Below are positions 1 through 13,080 of a stretch of 64,000 nt of DNA, in pieces (position 1 is the first letter of the stretch; the number at the start of each line of letters is the position of its first letter). Source of the DNA: Lama glama (taxonomy: Eukaryota); assembly GCA_028534125.1 (NCBI GenBank), contig CM052817.1, positions 15,936,001-16,000,000 of the forward strand, given 5' to 3'. A program made the position numbers and the translations under genes. The notes under the pieces were generated by a model. The model saw only the letters and a list, made by a program, of their open reading frames with translations, was not told where the DNA came from and made no database searches.

Positions 1-982
1 TCTTACTTAAAACACACTCTCCACATTACCCTCAGTAAACACGCTATGAGGGCAGAAGTTTCCTTGGGTGTCTGTTTTCTCAAATTGCTAACCTCATGTC
101 TAGAAAAGTGTAATGGACTTGGCATGTATGCTGTCTTTTCTGAACTCACAGAACAATGTTAAACAGCACGCCCACCAAGGGACATCACATTTCCAAGGAC
201 GACGAGGAGGAAATGTTTCCAGGGTACCATTGCTGCAGAAATTCCCCTCTAGGTCCCTTACAGCCACTCAAGCCAGCTGGGCAGCTTGAGAGAAATCAGG
301 TATGGGCTGGAAAAAGAGCATTTCTGGAAAAAGGGATCAGCATCACCTATTAAAGAGAAGGAGTCAGGAGGAGGAAGTTTCCCTGCACAGAAACCGAGAG
401 GACAGCCCCAAACCTTCAGAGGGGAGCCAAGAACAGACATCAAGGACCTAAAAGCAGGAACGTCAAAAGCTTTTTAAGCTCTTTAATTTCTCCATGCGTA
501 TGTGTTTTTAAAAAATTATTCTTCTTCTTCCTTGTTTGGTTTTGGTTTTGGTTTTGTATTTCTTTTTTATATTTCTTGTTCTTGAATTTTTTTTTTTTTG
601 CCCTGATTTATTTGACCACAAAGTGCTCAGCCATGGTACTTTTCTTTGAGACCACAAGGAATGGGAAAGCTAAGGAGATGCTCGTCTTTGTGGGAAGAGA
701 GAGCTCAGGGATAGGATGAGGGTGACTGCATTAAAGAAAAGGGAAGCAGAAGAGCTTGTATGACAAACGGGCCCTGAGGCAAGAAACAAAATGCAAGACC
801 AAAATAGAGGCCCAGAATTAATCAGACAAAGAACAAGTTTTGACTCGGCTGCATCAAGAAAGTGACACTTTTCATCTCATTTCTCCTCGAACACTAAAAG
901 TGTATCCACCCTCACCCAAAAGCAAGAGATTTCTGAGAAACTCCTTGGCATATGCCTTCTCTCCCTAGTATGGGTTTTTATC

Positions 983-1443
983 TGTCAGGAGATAGATGTT
1001 CTACTATAACAAAGATGCTCAAAATAACAGTGGGTTAAAAAGAAAAAAGTTTCACATGGTAGTTCTAATAACATGCAGTCCTGGGCTGAAATGCTAGGAC
1101 TATTTCAGGTATTTAGCCTGAACGGTAGGTACCTGACCATCCTCGACACACTGACCTAGAGGGCTGCCCCAGCTCCTGCCATCATGACAGCATTCCGGCC
1201 ATTGGGAAGAGGAACAAGGCATTCTACTAGGCATGCTCCTGCTCTTTATGGGTGGGGCCTGGAAGCTGAAAACATGCTCACTCACATCCCATTGACTACA
1301 GCACTACACTGCCCCACTACCAGAAAGTCAAAGAAATGGAGTCTGTAACTGGGCAGTCAGGTGCTCAGCTAGAACTCAGAGCTGCTACACTACAGTAAAG
1401 AAGAAATGAGAGATATGGAGGGACAGCCACCAGTGTTTGCCAA
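983..1443 (-). mobile_element. Old MaLR solo LTR (MLT1J/I/K-like), antisense
   Basis: Diverged MLT1 motifs: caaaataacagtgggttaaaa, ctcactcacatcccattg, and the end aagaagaaatgagagatatggagggacagccaccagtgtttgcca. Confidence 0.7.
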
Positions 1444-1461
1444 AAAGGCTAGAAATAAAAA

Positions 1462-1686
1462 AGACCTAGGATAAAATCCTGGTGCCATCACTGACCAGCT
1501 CCTTAACTTTAAATAGGTTACTATCCTGGTTAAGTCTTGGTTTTCACATCTATAAAGTGAGCATAAAAACACCCATCATACAGAAGAGCTACGAAGAATC
1601 AGTGGGATAAATGCACATGAAGAACCTGACCCACAGAACTGGCAGTTGACAAATGACAGTTATTAGTATTTTACTGCTATTATTTT
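1462..1686 (+). mobile_element. MIR SINE
   Basis: MIR core variant ggttttcacatctataaagtg and AT-rich tail aaatgacagttattagtatt. Confidence 0.7.
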
Positions 1687-1689
1687 TAA

Positions 1690-1912
1690 CTCGAGTTGGC
1701 AAACTACAGCCCGAAGGCCAAGTCCAGCCCACCATCTGTGTTAGAAAACAAAGTTTTATTGGACCACAGTCATGCCCAGTTGCTTGTAGATCACCTACGG
1801 CTGCTTTCACACCACAAGGGCAGAGGTGGGTGGTTGAGACAGAAACTGGATGGCCTGCAAAATTAATATATTTACTCTCTGGTCCTTTTAAGAAAAAGTT
1901 TGCTAACCTCTG
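1690..1912 (+). mobile_element. MER58A hAT-Charlie MITE, full length
   Basis: gttggcaaactacagcccg...aaagttttattggaccacag...agaaaaagtttgctaacctctg follows the MER58A consensus, including both TIRs. Confidence 0.9.
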
Positions 1913-2909
1913 ATCTATAAAGCCAAACAAATCTTACTTTTTCTGAGTCACATATGCTCTGTTTCTTCAGTTGCAAATAAGTCATCATGTTTCATCACAT
2001 CATTTCAAAAATGAAAGAACTAGATTACGTGGAGCACCTAGCACAATGCCAAGCACATAGTGAACACTCAAAAACCTTTAGTCCGACTTTATTTTCCTTG
2101 ATGTATGGTCACCCCTGGTCCTACAAGAACACTACTAAATGTATGCAAGATATCATGTGACAAAAACAAATGTCTCATTTTGGGGTGCTCACATCTCAAA
2201 GCCAGGTACTTTTAAAATAGTGGCACCACCACCCCGGGCAGCAACTCCTCACGCTAGTCAAGCCTGGGAGAGCTGTGTGCACCCTTCACGATTATCCGAA
2301 GTGCAAGCGGGAAAAACAGGGTCCACATACACATAAAAGGGAAGTCTGATCTATATGTGGACAAAGTATGTAAAGCTTTGAATGGGGAGATGCAAAATCT
2401 AAGTCAAAATTTCTAAAAAAAAAGACGTGAAACAGTATCTGACCCATAGAAATATTTATTAAATGCAACAAAGTAAGGGAGAAGGGAGGGAGAAGGGGAG
2501 AGCCATTAATGATTTTCCAGTGTTCTTACAATAAAGAAGATTCTTAACTGGCCAGTCTCATCTCCCTCTATGGATCCTCACACACCACCAGTGCCTCAAA
2601 TTTTCTGCTCTCCAACCGTACTGCTCTCTTTGAAGTTCCTTGAATTTGTCCATATTCCTTCTTCCTTTATCCGAACTTCCATGCATCCTGTTCTGTCTGT
2701 ATTATTAAACAGTATTATTCTACGTTTTTTGATTGTCTGTTTCTACTAGCAAAAATGTCTTAGCACCCACTTGAATGCACGAATAGTCATTTACAAATTA
2801 CATATACATATTTGTATATAAAGCCACATAAATGGATGTATACATATAGGAATATGCATATACATATACAAATTATATATGTCATTTCCTCTCTAAATTA
2901 ACAAAGCAT

Positions 2910-3045
2910 GGGGGAGGGCGTAGCTCAGGGATAGAGCATGTGCTCAGCATGCACGAGGTCCTGGATTCAATCCCCAGTACCTCCATTAAAATAAATAAAC
3001 CTAATTACCCCCGCCCCCCAAAAAAGTTTAAAATAAAAAATAAAA
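2910..3045 (+). mobile_element. tRNA-derived camelid SINE (Vic-1-like)
   Basis: ggggagggcgtagctcagggatagagc (A box)...gaggtcctggattcaatccccagtacctcc (B box), then aaataaacctaattacccc and an A-rich tail. Degraded TSD-like flanks: aaattaacaaagcat / aaatgacaaaactag. Confidence 0.88.
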
Positions 3046-3659
3046 TGACAAAACTAGAAATGTTAAGGCTAGATTAAAAAGTTATTACAGACCTAATGTT
3101 TAATATTTTCCCACATCTTCAGGACAGGGATTTCTGTCCCTAGCCTCTGCCCTGCCCTACTTATTTCACTTCAGGTCTCATCAGAGAACTCTTCACACCA
3201 TGAGGTATTGTTCTTCTTTGCTCTTTCTCATAACTCTTTTAACTTCTCCTTCAGGGTACTTAGCACAGCTTAAATGACATGCTCACCTGTAATTATTCAG
3301 CTGACATCTTTCTCCCTCTCTCCCTGCCAGCCCCACCCCATCACCAATTCTAATATCTATCCAAATGTCTATCCTGTCCTCTCACAAGAGTAGAGATGGT
3401 GTTACCACGTGTTCTCATCATTTGTGCCTTGACACCTTGAAGATCTGACAAAATATTGATTAAACAAATACAATCATCCCATGAAAGAAATGGAGGCTTT
3501 TAAAAAAGACTTAGAAAGGATACATTTAGAAAATGAGAAATGTCTTATTAAGAAGGTAGCTGATAAACTAGAGCCAGGTGAATAATCACATAGCACTTTC
3601 AGGGCATCTTCTTTTTTCAAACAGCCTTTTCTGTCTGTAAAAGTATCAGATTCTCCCAA

Positions 3660-3810
3660 CACTTCTTCAAGTAGCTGAGACCACGGATTTTTACTCCCAT
3701 TTTACAGATGAGAGAACTGAAACTCAAAGAGTTAGGATGATTTTCCTACAGCCACGCAGCTAGTTGGTAACAGAACGAGAACTTGAACCTACATCTTCCC
3801 ACTCCTCCCT
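3660..3810 (-). mobile_element. MIR SINE
   Basis: cccattttacagatgagagaactgaaactcaaagag is the reverse MIR core. Confidence 0.85.
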
Positions 3811-4789
3811 CCGCACAGCCCACTGTCAGGCAGGGCATGGGGAGAGCCTAGGCAGTGGGAAACTCCTGATGCCCTCGGGAAGATACGACAGAAAACGCCA
3901 CTGTGTGCAATGCTATGTAACACCGACGAACATTGCAGAGTGGCTGGAAGACAAAAATGGAAATAATGAAAGCCCTGGGAATTAAAACAGAAACATGCAG
4001 GGCTACGGTGAAAGTCTGGAGCATAAGAACTGAGAGATGAGAGACTCACAGCCTTTACATCCGTCAACTTTTGATGCGTTGAGGGTGGGGAGCCAGCTGC
4101 TCTTAGTTCCAAAGACAACCAAAGGAATAGGAAATTGTTTTAAATTCGGTGAGGACCCACTCTCCATTCACTCTAGAGATGACTGGATGAGCAAAACGGT
4201 TGTTAGACAGCAGAATTCCCGCCGGGGATGGTGTCTCATTCCCTGATGATGAGAGGTGAGAGGGCTCACCACCTAACAGGGTGTCCCAGGACGGAAAGTC
4301 AGTGGAAGAGACTAGTTGTGCTGGTTTCTGCTGACCAGCACCATCCAACATTCAGAGGGGACTGTTATGCACAAAGCAGGAAAGAGCAGGAAAATTAGAT
4401 ACAACTCCATAACTTTTCCCGCTGATCGCTCCTGAACAGCAGACACTGATGGGTTTTTAAAATATATATTTTGGCTAAACAGGTAGAAAGCAGACATAAA
4501 TGCACATCTAGTAAGTATGGTGATTTTGACCAACCACCTGTGTAAGAGGTGTTTTCAAATTTGAGAATGAATTAAAAAAAACTAAATATAACATCACACA
4601 CCAATCACAAAGCTCAAGGGATTACGGAGAGAATGGAGGAAATTTAAATGTTTTACTTTCGCTTCAAGTTAATGAACAACAATCAAAAAATAGAATGGCT
4701 CTTATTGCAACTATTTCTTACGAAGGCGAATCATGCCAAATGTACATTATGTATCACACCTCAACCCAACCTTTAACGAGGAAACGATG

Positions 4790-5005
4790 GTAGAAAATGG
4801 AAAACTAACTTGAAAGGAGCTGATCAAGAAATCAGAAGACCTGACTCCAGCCTCAGCTCTGAAACTAAATCTCAAGGAAATACTAAAGTGTCCACCCCTG
4901 AGACCTTGGGCGGTAACATTTGGTCTCTCTGGCCCTCAGTTTCCTCGTCTGTAAAATGAGAAGACTTGATGTGGCACCACTCAAGGCCTTTCCCAGTTCT
5001 GAAAC
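4790..5005 (+). mobile_element. MIR (MIR3/MIRc-like)
   Basis: gaccttgggc...ccctcagtttcctcgtctgtaaaatgag...aaggcctttcccagttctga. Confidence 0.8.
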
Positions 5006-5529
5006 AACCCGACTCTTTGGTTTTAAATCTCTAGAGTTATTAGAAGTAAGCTATGTATTAAAGACCTCCTTTCTGTCAATCTGAAAATTAGAGACTTTCT
5101 AGTAAACATTTAGAAAGTAAAGCGTTCACTAGGCTGCATCTCCATATTAATTGAAATGCCTTAAGGCAGAGTTAAAAAGTCTAAAATATTTACATACACT
5201 TAATCGAGATTAGCTGGGGAAAAATAGAACGATTTTCCGTTACTTTGGTTCATGGCATCCTTCATCAATTAAATGTCCATGTAATGATATTTTGACTCAG
5301 GTTCTCAAATTAAAATGATTTGTATGTGACTCCAGGTAACATTCAACTAAAAGTAATAGTTAACAAGGCTCAACTTGCAAAGGTAGTGGAGGGGTGGGCA
5401 GTATTTACCAAGTGGACACTTCCTGGCTTCTCAACAAGTTCAGAGCAACTGAATTTCCCTTCAGGTTTTAGGGACAACTCTTGCAGGAAAAGATATAGAA
5501 ACCTGGACTACATTAGGTACTTGATAACC

Positions 5530-5700
5530 ATGATCGCATTTCATTACTTCAGTCTCACGATAACAGTTGGCAGTGTCATCTACATTTCACAGATGATGAA
5601 ACTGAGGCTGAGAAAAGTCACATTTGCCCTGGGTCACATACTCCAGCATCCAGCAAAAGCAAAATTCAAACTCAGGCATGCCAGGTCCCTCCATGGTATG
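5530..5700 (-). mobile_element. MIR SINE
   Basis: atttcacagatgatgaaactgaggctgag...tttgccctgggtcacata. Confidence 0.8.
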
Positions 5701-6319
5701 GTATCACTTCTCCAGAGTATACTTATAATGAGACATTGTTGAGCCTCTATGTTAAATAAATAACATGTTCAAGGAGGGAATCAAAAAGAAATGCACAAAA
5801 TGTATAGCAAACATCATCAAGAATATTATCTCTCATTCTTATCTTCAAATTCTCCAATCTAACTTGGCAATTACAGGCTGTTAAAGGAGTACTTCATTAG
5901 TAATTTTATTACCAAGAACATAGAACTGGTTGTAAAAGTAAACCCTAAGGTATCTAGGCTACTTTTGACTCTCAAGTCCCATAGCATTTCTTGTGGGTAA
6001 TTCCATTACAAGTATCTGATGGATGCAAAATGGAATCTCCCTTACTGGCCCATCAGGCAGAAATATCAAACCAAAGGCAGAGAATCACAAAGTCACTTGC
6101 GGAAAGCAATATTAAGAACACTGAGTTGTTCACCTCCCTCCTTTTCAGGAAAGTCTATGTTAAGCCACAGAAAATGCACGCGCACACACATGCACGAGCA
6201 TGCGCGATTCCCTCCACGCCTATAGGACTTCAGTGAGTGACTTCATTGTAGCAGGATTTCTTTCACTATAGGCTCTAAGCTTTGCCTGCTTGTTAACACT
6301 CACATTATTAACGCTCATT

Positions 6320-6760
6320 CCTCACCATTCTGCTCTCCCAAATACAATGCAGGCTTCATGAGCTACTTTTGGTCTCCTAAGCCCATCATGGTATCCTTGC
6401 CGCTGAGCCTGCACAGATAAGGCGTGCTCGCTCCACCCAGACTGCTCCTCACTCCTCTCCCACCGCCCACCTAACCCTCTTCCTTCAGGTGGCAGTGTGG
6501 CACTCCTTCCTGGAAGCACTTCCTAACTCCCACCTCCCCTACCTTGTCCATGAGAGATGTCTCTTCTATACCGTACCAGAGCATCACACTTCTTAGTTAC
6601 AACCACTTGTTCTTTGATTTCCTCACTCCCCAACTATCCACCCCTGAGAGTACCCAGAATCTTACTTTGTTTATCACAGTGTCCATAGCTCCCAGGTCAA
6701 CACTAGCACATTGTGGCTTATCTATCTATACTTGTTAAAAGAATGAGAATGAATAGCTCG
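6320..6760 (+). mobile_element. L2 LINE 3' fragment
   Basis: Pyrimidine-rich L2 3' region ending ctagcacattgtggctt...ttgttaaaagaatgagaatgaat. Confidence 0.65.
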
Positions 6761-7643
6761 GATGTTCAACAGTGTTAGGAATAATAAATGCAAAAATCAT
6801 CCTCAAATAAACAAACCTTTGAAAGACAAATTTTGTTAAAAATTTAGTGTCCTGAAGATTAATAACTTTTCTTGCTCTCTTAAGTTTTTAGAATATATTT
6901 TGTATTAGTAGAAATCTTCCCAAGAGTTATCTATGTGTTTACTGCTCTTTATAGAGAAAATCATACACAGTATGTCCATATAAACACATATATACATACA
7001 TATTCTATATATATATACACACAGTAGATATTATATATAACACAGAGTTCTAACCATAAAAATAATGTGCACCATAACTTTATGTATTTATGTTTGTATA
7101 TGTATATTAAATTAGTATATAAAATATATATACTAATTCCTTGATCTCTAGGGAACGAATCTCACATTTCAAAACATTTCCTAATGCAGACACAGTTACA
7201 CAGAAAAGCAAGGTTGGAAAGGTTGCCTGCAAGTATGTATTTATCAAAGTGTTTCTAATGGCCCCGTCATTACAAGATCTAATAACTTCTAAACTTTCAG
7301 ATTAATGGCTTTAGAATTTGGGGTGGAGTTTTCTTTTAATAATGCACATTTCAATCCTCGGTTAACAAGAGGTCATGTCAATAATTAATGGTTTCTGTAG
7401 CAGTTCAACACTGCATCACTTCCTTGACAGATTTTTTCAAATGTAGGCTTTGTCTTCATAACTAAGTACAAGCGGAGAAGGGAACAGAAAAGTGTGGCAC
7501 AAGGCCACACTGTAGGATTTACATGCTTAACTCATGCTCTAAAGTGTTCTTAGATATTATCCTATTTGATGGGTACAATCATGCAAGGAAATTGGGGTAA
7601 GAAGAGGGACAGGTAAAAAAAAAAGTGGAAGACACTATTCTCT

Positions 7644-8160
7644 CTTCTTTAAACTTGTTTTTACTTTATTATTTTTTAAAATTTTATTTATTAAACTATA
7701 GTTGACTCATAATATTGTGTTAGTTTTAGGTATACAGCTTCAGATTTTTTCTATTATACATTATCACAAGATACTGAATATAGTTCCCTGTGCTATACAG
7801 TAGGTCCCTGTTGTTTATCTATTTTATATATAGTAGTTTGTATCTGTTAATCTCAAACTCCTAATTTATCCTCATCTTCCCCTTTGGTAATCATGTTTGT
7901 TTTCTATGTGTGTGAGCCTATTTCTGTTTTGTAAATAAGTTGTTTGTATATTTTTTTAGATTCCACATATAAGTGATATCTTATAATATTTGTATTTCTC
8001 TGACTTACTTCACTTAGTATGATAATCTTTAGGTCCATACATGTTGCTACAAATGGCAAAATTCCACTCTTTTTTATGGCTGAGTAATATTCCATCATAC
8101 ATATACATATATACATCACATCTTCTTTATCCATTCCTCTGTCAATGACCACTTAAGTTG
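7644..8160 (-). mobile_element. 5'-truncated cetartiodactyl L1 (3' UTR plus ORF2 C-terminus) with TSD
   Basis: T-rich tail at left and L1 3' UTR motif tatagttccctgtgctatacagtagg. ORF 7904-8152 (MEYYSAIKK...ILPFVAT...IILSEVSQ) is the L1 ORF2 end. Diverged TSD: tggaagacactattctct (7626-7643) / tggaagatatgattctat (8161-8178). Confidence 0.93.
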
Positions 8161-9984
8161 TGGAAGATATGATTCTATATGCTTTATAGAACTGTAGAAA
8201 CCAGAATGTAAAAAAAGTTATGTAACTTACCTAAGAGCATAAACTCTACAAGAATAGGAACATTTATCTACGTTCTTTTTCATGGCTGGCTTTACCCCTT
8301 GCATGGTAGTTCCTCAATAAATACTTAGTGAATTAAATATCGAATGAATGAACGAATGAATCAGCAAATGAATGCTAAAATCTGCTGTAAGAATAGGACC
8401 TCAGCACTGTCACCCTGACTCTGAGTCTTAGGAACTCCCAAATATATGAACTCTTCTGTTCTCAGACTCTCTCTTGAAAAGATTAAAAATGATTTAAAGG
8501 AAAATAACTGCATATATTCCAAAAGACAATTAATAAGTTTTATCCCCACTTCAAAAGGCAAAACACTGTTGAAGATTTTTTTAAATTAGCTTCCTTACAT
8601 AATTTTTCCCTACTATTAATGTTCACTTCTAACATATATATATTCCAAGTATAATAATAATAAAAAAGAATTGAGCCTCTTTGCTGATAACTTACCAGGT
8701 ACTCTGAATGCACAGAATAATAATACTAACAACAGTAAATTATGCTACATAACTGCTGCACTCGCTATGCTATGTGCCACGCAGGTACTAAGACAGCAAT
8801 GACACTGCCTCACTTTACCACAGCATTCATGCCCCAGAGATAGTCGTAAGCAGTATCTTACTGCTACACGTAGGATACATCATTCTCCTACACTAATTAC
8901 TAGGATGCTACATTATGCATAAGAAAACAGCCACATGCTTTCAAGACCCGTAAGGAACAACGTGCATCTCCTGTTTTATCGAAGGCAGAACTCAGCTGGC
9001 CTCTCTGAAGAGTAGGTTCTCGCTGAGAAACACGCTCAACCTTTCCTGATCCCTGGAGAAGTGAGTTATCGCACTCAGGTCCATCTCAGAGGTGGAATCG
9101 GCTGCACTGACATGCGGGGCTTCTGCAGGCATCTCTAACTCACCGGCGATCAACCGAAAGACAAGAGCACAGAAGACCTAGATACAATTTTAATCAATTC
9201 CTGTAATTGAGGGGAATAAAGCATGACCACCTGACAAAGTCAAAATCAAGTCAAACAGGACAGAGGAAGAAGCATCACCATCTGATACAGAAATTGGCAT
9301 CTGTTGTTAAAACTGCTCCCAGAAATGCTAAAATAAAATAAAAGTAGCTAACCGTCTCACCCGGAGAGAGTTTGGCAGCTGTAATCAAAGCATCCTTATG
9401 AGCTGGAGACTTGTTTAAATTTAGTTTTCCACCCAGTTAAAATGTGAAATAAAGAGCTCTCCAGAATCTTACTGTTGACCTGGAGGCACAGCCCTTCCCA
9501 AGCCCGATTCCCTAAGGTCAGTCACAAAGCGTAGGGCCACCTCACTTTCTGGAAATCAAGGCCATTTCTTCAGAGTCCAGGCCGATTAAGGGACGTGGGC
9601 AGGCAGATAGGACTAAAAGACAATGACTGTTTTATGAAATTGGGAACTAGGTCTTCTTCTCCACCCTGGTCACCCCCCAGTGCCGAGCACAATGCTGCTT
9701 AATGAATGTTTGTTGAACGAATCAAACAACTGATTAACCTAGAACTAACAAAAATTAACCAGCGGAGAGCAGCATCTGACCCTGAGAAAGTGCTCACACA
9801 AAGGGCAGGCGAAGCTGCTATCCCCTGGGGCCTGGGGCCTCCTCCACTCTGACCCCATCTACGGAGCGTGCCCTTTCCTCGGAAAGAACTCCAAAGAGCG
9901 TGTGAAAGGCAAAACTGGGTGACAGGAGCCTACAGGTGAGTCAGATCCTGCTCTGGGAGCCAAACCATATCACCTGAGCTTATT

Positions 9985-10080
9985 CCCCAGCAACGCTGCA
10001 AAGGCCTTTTTAAGCGCCTCCTTTGGCCAATGAGAAAACTGGAAGCGGAGGAGCTTAAATTAGTTGCTCAAAACGTCTCA

Positions 10081-10111
<31 letters not shown>

Positions 10112-10160
10112 GAGCCGAAATACGAGCAAACATTTCTGTAACCCACTGTCACCTTCTCTC
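9985..10160 (-). mobile_element. MIR SINE interrupted by a poly(A) run (about 10083-10108)
   Basis: aatgagaaaactggaagc...tagttgctcaaa [A-run] gcagagccgaaatacgagc. Confidence 0.6.
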
Positions 10161-10639
10161 CTCTACACCCCGGGCGTTTCAGCAACTAGACTAAAAACTT
10201 AACATGTGATGAAGGTCAAAAGCCAAGACCTAGAGAAACAGGAACGGAAAAAAACCATAGCAAGAAATCCCAGCCGAGGAATGCTACAACCACGGGGCAC
10301 AAAATCGCTGGCGCGGAGTCTCCTCGAATTGAGCAAGTTTTCTCTGTCTTATACTGGGCACGATCTCGGTTCAACAGAATAAAGAAGTTTTCCTGGCACT
10401 GCATCTTTGAAGGAATTTACCGTGGTGTTCTTTTTATAACGTGCATGGAACAATAGAATAAATGATTCTTGCATCAGTGACTGCTTGGTGATTTCTTCCC
10501 CCTCCTTTCAAGTCCTTGGGGAAGAAAGCTTCAGTCATATTTCCTTGTGCCTGTCGCACGGGAAGTAGAACTCTCTTAGTTCTATTTGTGCCAGCGTGCT
10601 TGCGCAGAGGGCAGGAGCACTCCTGATGGGGCTACCGTT

Positions 10640-10915
10640 AATATTATGATTATTGTCAGGTAATAGGATTACGATTATGTTTCATTCTTACTGTTTGCCA
10701 GGCATTGTTCTAAGCATTGCTTTGCATTCATTATTTCATTTAATCCACATAACAACCCTATAAAGTGCGTATTATATGCCTCCGGTTAAAATACTCAGGA
10801 AACTGGGAGCCGTGAGGTTATACAACTTGCTTACCAAGTTGCCCCCAGAAAACAGCAGAGTTGGAATTTGAACTCAAGTCAGTTTGACACCAAACCCACC
10901 TTCTTAACCACAGCT
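10640..10915 (-). mobile_element. MIR SINE, near full length
   Basis: tgccaggcattgttctaagc...tcatttaatccacataacaaccctat...gcagagttggaatttgaactcaag...cttaaccac. Confidence 0.88.
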
Positions 10916-11849
10916 AGATGGAGGCTGCCTGGCTCTGTGACTGCTAATCGCACCTTTTGACAAGCTGCATGCTCCTATTTTAAAAGAGTGATTGAAAGGC
11001 TCAATCTAGCCCATTAATTTGATACCCACTTGTATCAAAACCTCTTCGAGTCCCTTTGCAGCCTTTCTGCTTCCATTTTAAGCTCTTCTCCTTCTGTCCG
11101 CAGCACCTGCCCTCTATGAGCTCCTCGAAATGAAATCTGGAGACTCCTTCCAGCCCAAGTCTTTCAACGATTGAAGAGCCAATGAAAGCACAACCTCCAC
11201 TTTCAGTTAAACAATATTTAATTCACCCAGCACTTTCCCTCCAAAACAGTCAAAGAAGCTTGGGTGCTTTTACTGAGTCTCTTGGTACCTAAATGGTTGC
11301 TGAAGTTTAATTGTGCCCCCTTTAGGTGACAGATTAGCCTCATCCCCTAATCCTAGAATCTGAAAGGAGGTTGGTCCTACTCTGTCCTCCCTTAAAAGAC
11401 AAGGGCCATGAAAACAAGCAAATAAACAAAGCAAGACAAAACACAAAAGCAAACTCTGTGTACATCGCAATAAAAAGCAATTAAGGAAAAGCTCTACTCT
11501 ATAGAAGCTCACATGAATAATAATGGTATTTAATAATTATTGACTGCATCTTCTGTGCCAGCTACCTCTCCAAGTGCCTTCCACCAGCCTGTTTCTTCCT
11601 TCAGCACTGAATCATGTCGGACCCCACGTCACTGCAGAAGCAGCAGACTTAACCCCTGCGGTATATAGAGAAGGTAACAAATGGGGACAGAGGAGCAAGT
11701 TCATTGGACCAACAAAGCAGGAATGAAACCCTGACAGCTAATGATCCCCAGTCAGAGAATGTTTGCCGACTTCCTCCATGAAGGAGTGATGGTCAAAATA
11801 CAAATTCACATTTGCAAGTAGCATGTTTGAAATCAGCCATGTTCTGCCT

Positions 11850-12030
11850 GTTTTAGCTCCTTATATATTCTCTTCATAATCTCCCTCTGTGAGCCAGGGA
11901 CTATTGTCATCAGCCTCATTTTACAGGTGTTAAAAGTGAGGCTTGAAAAGAGTGAATAACTTGCCCAAGGACACACAGCTTTTCAGGGCTAGAGACAGGG
12001 TTTAGACTAAGCTCCCAACTCTAAGATCTT
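11850..12030 (-). mobile_element. MIR SINE
   Basis: cattttacaggtg...taacttgcccaaggacacacagct. Confidence 0.82.
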
Positions 12031-12869
12031 GACTACGAAGCAAAAAGTATCTAAGTATGTTGTCTCCAGGTTATTGAAAAGTCAGCAAGCATTTAGAGGA
12101 TAGAAGGAAGGAAATGGATTTTTTTTCTAAACAGCACAGCAAAGGAATAATAATTTCTTGAATGACTAGGATGTCATTCAGTACCTGAGGACCCAAAATT
12201 CAGCACCCAGCATTACTGAAGAGTAATTTTCTCAGTGGTATCCTAGGGGCTTAAAACAATCCATTGGACACTTATTCCTTCTGAAAGGGACTTCAAAATG
12301 TAAAAGATTGTCACCTGTGTTTGACACTTTGTCCTGAGAGTAAAAGTTTGCAGGTAATGTGAATTGAAGGTAAAATATCCCAGTCCGCTCTGATACCCAG
12401 GCCATGAGCTAGTAGTAAGCTAAGGATTAGAACCCTGGTCATCTCATTTCCAGACAAATTCTCTTCATACTGGCCATTTTCCCTCCGTCTCAGCTTAAAC
12501 CCATCCTGCCCCTGTCTATGTAATCCCTGTGTGTCAGCAGTCACCAGTTAAAGGCTCCTGAGCAGATTTAAAATGTTCTGAAGCTCCAGGAGTCCAGAGT
12601 TCTTTTGATCCTGCCTGGAAGATTCAGCAGAAAGACTTTAAAGTACACCAGTCAGAAAGTACTGTAGAAACGAGCTGTTTTGTTTCCTGGGGTGAAAGTC
12701 TTCCAGGGGGTTGAGGAGAGAAGTGATCTGTAGGGAAGTCGGTCTTCTCGCTAATGAAATAGACTTTCCCGACGGAAATAAACATTCTCCCAGATTGGGT
12801 AGAGAAGGGAAGTGAGAAAAACCGCACTATTAACAAAGCCCCATAGCCATCATTTCCTAGGCATGAAAA

Positions 12870-13080
12870 CTGCAGCAAGCACAGTGTTAGGCACATACCT
12901 CAGATCCAATCTAAACCTGACCATCTGTGAGGTAGGTACTAGTAATTTTATTTTTACAGATGAAGGAAAGGAAGAGCGAGCTTAAGCAAACTCTTTCCAA
13001 GGTCACAAAGATGCCAAGCAGCACCTCCAGGTTCCCACTTCTAGTGTGTCAGATTTCAAAGTCCGCATTCCTTCCAGCAT
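12870..13080 (-). mobile_element. MIR SINE
   Basis: ctgtgaggtaggtact...ttttacagatgaaggaaa...ccaaggtcaca. Confidence 0.8.

Noticed and set aside
2911..2983. tRNA gene
   Set aside because: The tRNA-like head is followed by a SINE body and A-rich tail, so it is a SINE.
8697..8704. 8-nt minus-strand microexon (ttcag|AGTACCTG|gtaagt)
   Set aside because: The pyrimidine tract is weak and appears to be a decayed MIR tail; frame-shifting; no other support.
9144..9177. 34-nt minus-strand exon with donor CCG|GTGAGT
   Set aside because: No polypyrimidine tract at the acceptor and no recognisable peptide.
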